From contig JAWAYL010000005.1 in assembly GCA_038818725.1 (NCBI GenBank), positions 1-51,128 on the forward strand: a stretch of DNA of 51,128 nucleotides, given 5' to 3'. Under the pieces are notes generated by a model, which saw nothing but the letters and a program-made list of their open reading frames with translations, had not been told where the DNA came from and did not search any database. Source of the DNA: Thermoplasmatota archaeon. GTDB taxonomy: Archaea > Thermoplasmatota > E2 > UBA202 > JdFR-43. Position 1 is the stretch's first letter. Each line of letters begins with the position of its first letter. The position numbers were made by a program, and so were the translations under genes. Below are positions 47,589 through 51,128 of this stretch, piece after piece.

Positions 47589-48456
47589 ATTTTTCAGCCT
47601 CTTCTATACATTTAAATATTTCTTTTTTACTTATTTTATAAGGATAATTATATATTTTTTTAACCCTATCATTGTAAAAAGGGCGATTGCAATCAGGGCA
47701 GCCAGAAGTATAGAAGGCATTTTTTGGCAGACTGTTTAACTCAATTAACGATATTTTTTCTCCATTAAAATAAATTTTTCCCGCATTTTTCTCTATTGCA
47801 TAAAGGGCAAGTTGAATAGCTCTATATCTCTCCAAGCTCACAACTGTTTCATTTCCTTTTGAATAGGGAAATAGAGCAACTTTTATTTTCATTCTTGAAA
47901 TTTTTCTCATCAAATCAACTGCTTCTTTATCCTTCTCTCCAAGCCCAACAATAAGATGGCATGTTGATTTTCCAAATATTTTTCTTGCAATTTTCAATGC
48001 CTTCATATATTCATTCCATGATGGCACATTTTTTTTAAATTTCTTAAAAATTTCCTCATTGAAGCAATCTAATCCTATTCCAACTCTTTCAACACCATTC
48101 TCTTTCAAAATATTCATTTTTTCTTCTCCAATTGCATTAATTGAAACAGAGATTGAAATGCCAAAATTATTGAATTCCTTTAAAATATATAGTAAATCCT
48201 TCCAGTATTTTTCCCCATATATTGTCTGAATGCATATTCTTTTTGCTTTTTTCCTCATTTTTTTCTTTAAAAAATTAAAATTATAAGTTTGCCAGTACAT
48301 TCTTCCAAGCCATCCATTTTTCTGATTACAATATAAACAATTTCCCTCGCATAATCCATCCATTAAAAAATAAAGAGTTTTTTGAGGAGCATCAATTTTT
48401 AATTTTTTTAGCCCTAAGAAATTTGCGGTTGCTGGTGATAATCTAATATTCATCAT
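47560..48456 (-). CDS. lipS2: Radical SAM protein, archaeal lipoyl synthase subunit LipS2-like
   Basis: CEGNCLYC; HLIVGLGE; C-terminal TSGCPDCNRP matches the TxGCPxC(N/D)RP LipS2 signature. Confidence 0.8.
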   Translation of the reverse strand: MMNIRLSPATANFLGLKKLKIDAPQKTLYFLMDGLCEGNCLYCNQKNGWLGRMYWQTYNFNFLKKKMRKKAKRICIQTIYGEKYWKDLLYILKEFNNFGISISVSINAIGEEKMNILKENGVERVGIGLDCFNEEIFKKFKKNVPSWNEYMKALKIARKIFGKSTCHLIVGLGEKDKEAVDLMRKISRMKIKVALFPYSKGNETVVSLERYRAIQLALYAIEKNAGKIYFNGEKISLIELNSLPKNAFYTSGCPDCNRPFYNDRVKKIYNYPYKISKKEIFKCIEEAEKYARIYIADQ

Positions 48457-49075
48457 ATCCTCCTTTGCCAATCATTGGAACAAAAGCACAGCCTCCTAAA
48501 TTCTTTTTAACAATCTTACTATTTTTTTTAACAAGCCATAGCTCTCCATAAACTTTTCCAACAGGTATTATCATTCTTCCTTTTTCCGCCAGCTGATCAA
48601 TCAATTCCTGCCTTATTGAAGGTGCAGAGCATGTCACATATATATGAGTATATGGAGCATATTCAGGCAACCCCAAAGAGCCGTCTCTACAAAATACTCT
48701 TATATTCTCCAGTCCAAGTTTTTTAAAATTTTCCTTAGCAATTTCAGCAAGTTCCTTTATTCTTTCAACAGTATATACAATTCCTTTTTTTGCTATTCTC
48801 GCCGCCAATGCCGCATTATAGCCGGTTCCAGTACCTATTTCAAGTATTTTGCTATCTTCCTTTATTTTTAGATTTTCAAGAATTATTGCCACCATATGTG
48901 GAGCGGAAATTGTTTGCCCATATCCAATATATAGAGGAGTATCTACATATGCCTCATTTTTCTCATTTTCAGAAACAAAAATTTCTCTGGGTATCTCTCT
49001 CATTGCTTCTATAACTTTCTTGCTTTTCAGATATCCTTCCTTTATAAGTTTATTTATTAATTTTTCTTTATCCAC
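48443..49075 (-). CDS. pcm: Protein-L-isoaspartate O-methyltransferase
   Basis: PRE.FV, AY.D.PL, GQTISAPHMVA, LEIGTG.GY, FVPM. Confidence 0.95.
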   Translation of the reverse strand: MDKEKLINKLIKEGYLKSKKVIEAMREIPREIFVSENEKNEAYVDTPLYIGYGQTISAPHMVAIILENLKIKEDSKILEIGTGTGYNAALAARIAKKGIVYTVERIKELAEIAKENFKKLGLENIRVFCRDGSLGLPEYAPYTHIYVTCSAPSIRQELIDQLAEKGRMIIPVGKVYGELWLVKKNSKIVKKNLGGCAFVPMIGKGGYDEY

Positions 49076-49102
49076 AATAAAATATGCAGGAATTAAATAA
49101 AA

Positions 49103-49732
49103 CTATTTACCTCTTTTTTCACCCCATATTATTTTATGAATTTGAATAGATAAGCGAGTGTCGATCTCATCTTCTAAAATCCATTCAGCAAGCTCTTTGC
49201 ATTTTTTCCATACAGGTTGCATTATTATGCTACATTTTATAATATTGCTTCCTATAATATATTTTGCAAATTCATAATCATCCCTATCTGCTATTATGAA
49301 TTTTAATTCATCTCTTTCCCTTAAAATTTTGAGATTATCTTTCAGCATAAATTTTTCAAAGCCACTAGATGGCAATTTATAGTCCATTTTTATTATAACA
49401 TCTCTCTCTGCTAAATTTCTTATACTTATTGAGCCATTTGTTTCAACACTTACATAATATCCTAAGCTTATTAACTTATCAATCAAATAATAAACTTCAT
49501 CCTGCAGAAGGGGTTCGCCACCTGTTATACAAACTCTTTTACAATTCCATTTCTTAATTTTTTCTAATATTTTTTCCGCATTCATTTCCTCTCCTTCAAA
49601 ATATGCATATTTTGTATCGCACCATTTGCACCTCAAATTACAACCTGTAAGGCGAATAAATATGGTCCGCAAGCCAGCGTCGCCTCCTTCGCCCTGTATG
49701 GAATAAAAAATTTCATTTACTCTCATATTCAA
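49103..49732 (-). CDS. queE: 7-carboxy-7-deazaguanine synthase
   Basis: EIFYSIQGEG, GCNLRC.WCDT, TGGEP, ETNG, Q.HK.IW. Confidence 0.94.
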   Translation of the reverse strand: MNMRVNEIFYSIQGEGGDAGLRTIFIRLTGCNLRCKWCDTKYAYFEGEEMNAEKILEKIKKWNCKRVCITGGEPLLQDEVYYLIDKLISLGYYVSVETNGSISIRNLAERDVIIKMDYKLPSSGFEKFMLKDNLKILRERDELKFIIADRDDYEFAKYIIGSNIIKCSIIMQPVWKKCKELAEWILEDEIDTRLSIQIHKIIWGEKRGK

Positions 49733-50381
49733 TCGGGTCTTCTATGCCAGCTTCCATAAATCCTTTTAATCTTATCTTGCATGAAGGGCATTTTCCACAA
49801 GCTTTTTTTCCTCCTTTATAGCAGCTCCAAGTTTTTTCAAAAGGCACGCCAAGCTCAGCTCCTTTCTTAATAATTTCTCCTTTTGTTAAATATAATATTG
49901 GTGTTTCTATTTTTATCTCTTTTCCTTCGATGCTTCTTTTTGTGGCTAAATTTGCCATACTTTGAAATGCTTTTATATACTCTTCCCTACAATCTGGATA
50001 TCCAGAATAATCAACTGCATTTGCTCCTATAAAAATTGCATCAGCATCAATAACTTCTGCATATGCAAGAGCATAAGAGAGAAAGATTGTATTTCTTGCT
50101 GGAACATAGGTAGGAGGAATTCCTTCATATTCCTCTGGAATTTCAATATTATCTGTTAAAGCACTTCCTCCAATTTGCCTTAAATCTGCTTTTATTAACT
50201 TATGTTTGGCATTAAGCCATTTTGCAATTTCTTCAGCACATCTTATTTCCTTTTTATGCCTTTGCCCATAGTCAAATGTAAGAGTATAAACTTCATATCC
50301 TCTACTTTTTGCAATTGCTGAAGTAACAGAACTATCAATTCCTCCTGATAGTAAGCAAACTACTTTTCCCATTTTGCCCAT
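49713..50381 (-). CDS. queC: 7-cyano-7-deazaguanine synthase
   Basis: LSGGIDS, YGQRH..E, TYVPARN, YPDCR, SCY...CG.C.SC..R. Confidence 0.96.
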   Translation of the reverse strand: MGKMGKVVCLLSGGIDSSVTSAIAKSRGYEVYTLTFDYGQRHKKEIRCAEEIAKWLNAKHKLIKADLRQIGGSALTDNIEIPEEYEGIPPTYVPARNTIFLSYALAYAEVIDADAIFIGANAVDYSGYPDCREEYIKAFQSMANLATKRSIEGKEIKIETPILYLTKGEIIKKGAELGVPFEKTWSCYKGGKKACGKCPSCKIRLKGFMEAGIEDPIEYESK

Positions 50382-50821
50382 GCTCCCTGCCCATATCCTT
50401 CATCAACTCCAATTTCTATCCTTTTAATATTTTCTTTATCTATCAATTTGAGAAATTCATGGAGTATATAGGTTGCCAGATTTTCAGCTGATGATGAAAA
50501 AATAGGAAGAAAGGCACAATCTTCTTCTGGAAAAATATATCTCTTATTCTTATATCTTATTTCAATTTCCTTCCCCTTCTTTATTTCAAGCAATCCTTCC
50601 GAAGAAATTATTATTTTATGGTCTATCTTGCTTATAATTTCCCTTATTTTTTCCTTTACAATTCTAAAATCAATTAATATACCTGAAGATATTTCTCCTT
50701 CCATAGCAACATGCACCGCATAAGTGTGCCCATGCAAGCGGGAGCAATTTGAATAATCTGGCAAGAAATGAGCTGACGAAAACATTAACCCGCTTTTCCA
50801 TCCATCAATACAGATTTTCAT
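50360..50821 (-). CDS. queD: 6-carboxytetrahydropterin synthase
   Basis: FSSAH, C.RLHGHTY, DF, DH, SAENLA. Confidence 0.9.
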   Translation of the reverse strand: MKICIDGWKSGLMFSSAHFLPDYSNCSRLHGHTYAVHVAMEGEISSGILIDFRIVKEKIREIISKIDHKIIISSEGLLEIKKGKEIEIRYKNKRYIFPEEDCAFLPIFSSSAENLATYILHEFLKLIDKENIKRIEIGVDEGYGQGAWAKWEK

Positions 50822-50864
50822 AAAATTTTATATCTATTGAATATAAATATCTTCGCTTCATGGA

Positions 50865-51128
50865 TGCTTTGTTGAATAAATCATAAAATTTTTTTATTTT
50901 CTTGCATAATTCCTCTCATGGGATAAAAATGCGAGAAAGAAATTGGAAGGAATATAATGAATAGTTGGTAAGAAGAGGAGAATTTTACATATCTCTAGAT
51001 TTTATGGAAACATGGGATGAGGAACTAGAGGAAATGAATTACAAAAAGAGAGGAAGACCCTTTCATGACATTTCTTGCCTTTGTTCATGTCGCTTTTCTT
51101 CCATTTCGTCAGATGGAAGGATTTTTAA
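50865..51128 (+). mobile_element. Left end of a decayed IS5-family (IS903 group) element, cut by the window edge
   Basis: TIR TGCTTTGTTGAATAAATC (50865-50882) followed by a transposase remnant. Confidence 0.82.
50929..51128 (+). pseudogene. IS5/IS903-group transposase pseudogene
   Basis: MRERNWKEYNE*LVRRGE...W..EL..MN..KRGRPF, then a frameshift at about 51064 into MTFLAFVHVAFLPFRQMEGFL; in-frame TAG at 50962. Confidence 0.85.

Noticed and set aside
49103-50821. queCDE as part of a 7-deazaguanine DNA-modification (dpd) defence island
   Set aside because: No dpdA/TGT paralogue or helicases nearby; ordinary preQ0 supply for archaeosine explains it
50962-50964. In-frame TAG as pyrrolysine
   Set aside because: The same gene also has a frameshift, there are no pyl genes in the window, and TAG acts as a normal stop elsewhere

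Overview
AT-rich (visually about 30% GC) archaeal chromosome segment, most likely Thermoplasmatota (inferred from the gene families and the secreted peptidase/Ig-domain repertoire; not database-checked). Most of it is housekeeping: guaA-GATase, purM, FBP aldolase/phosphatase, pyrC, gatD, smc-scpA-scpB, rpl1/P0/P1, oapABC (arvABC), thi4, the psmA-SBDS-exosome-rpl37ae-rpoP-pcc1 superoperon, tfs, cysS, hypE, radA, UbiD, trmY, trmI, pcm, queCDE and three tRNAs (Pro-CGG, Gln-UUG, Glu-UUC). The main observations beyond simple annotation are: (i) an approximately 100-aa C-terminal Ig-like module with an extra LYIFDR insert, shared by three unrelated secreted proteins (candidate lineage-specific surface-anchoring or sorting domain); (ii) a DUF4430 + DUF6580/BtuM-like pair that looks like a corrinoid uptake module; (iii) both halves of the LipS1/LipS2 lipoyl synthase, 47 kb apart; (iv) an approximately 245-bp IS6-derived MITE with TIRs, a TSD and a hairpin-buried RBS; (v) a collapsed mosaic copy of the DUF996 gene in front of smc; (vi) recurrent short near-pure G/C patches built from rare synonymous codons; (vii) a tail-less P0 lying in frame with P1; (viii) a peptidolytic neighbourhood (C25 lipoprotein with a CWB2-like repeat, metzincin, TldDE, partial proline dehydrogenase); (ix) a frameshifted permuted NlpC/P60 gene and a decayed IS5/IS903-group element. 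All calls were made by eye from motifs; no searches were run.
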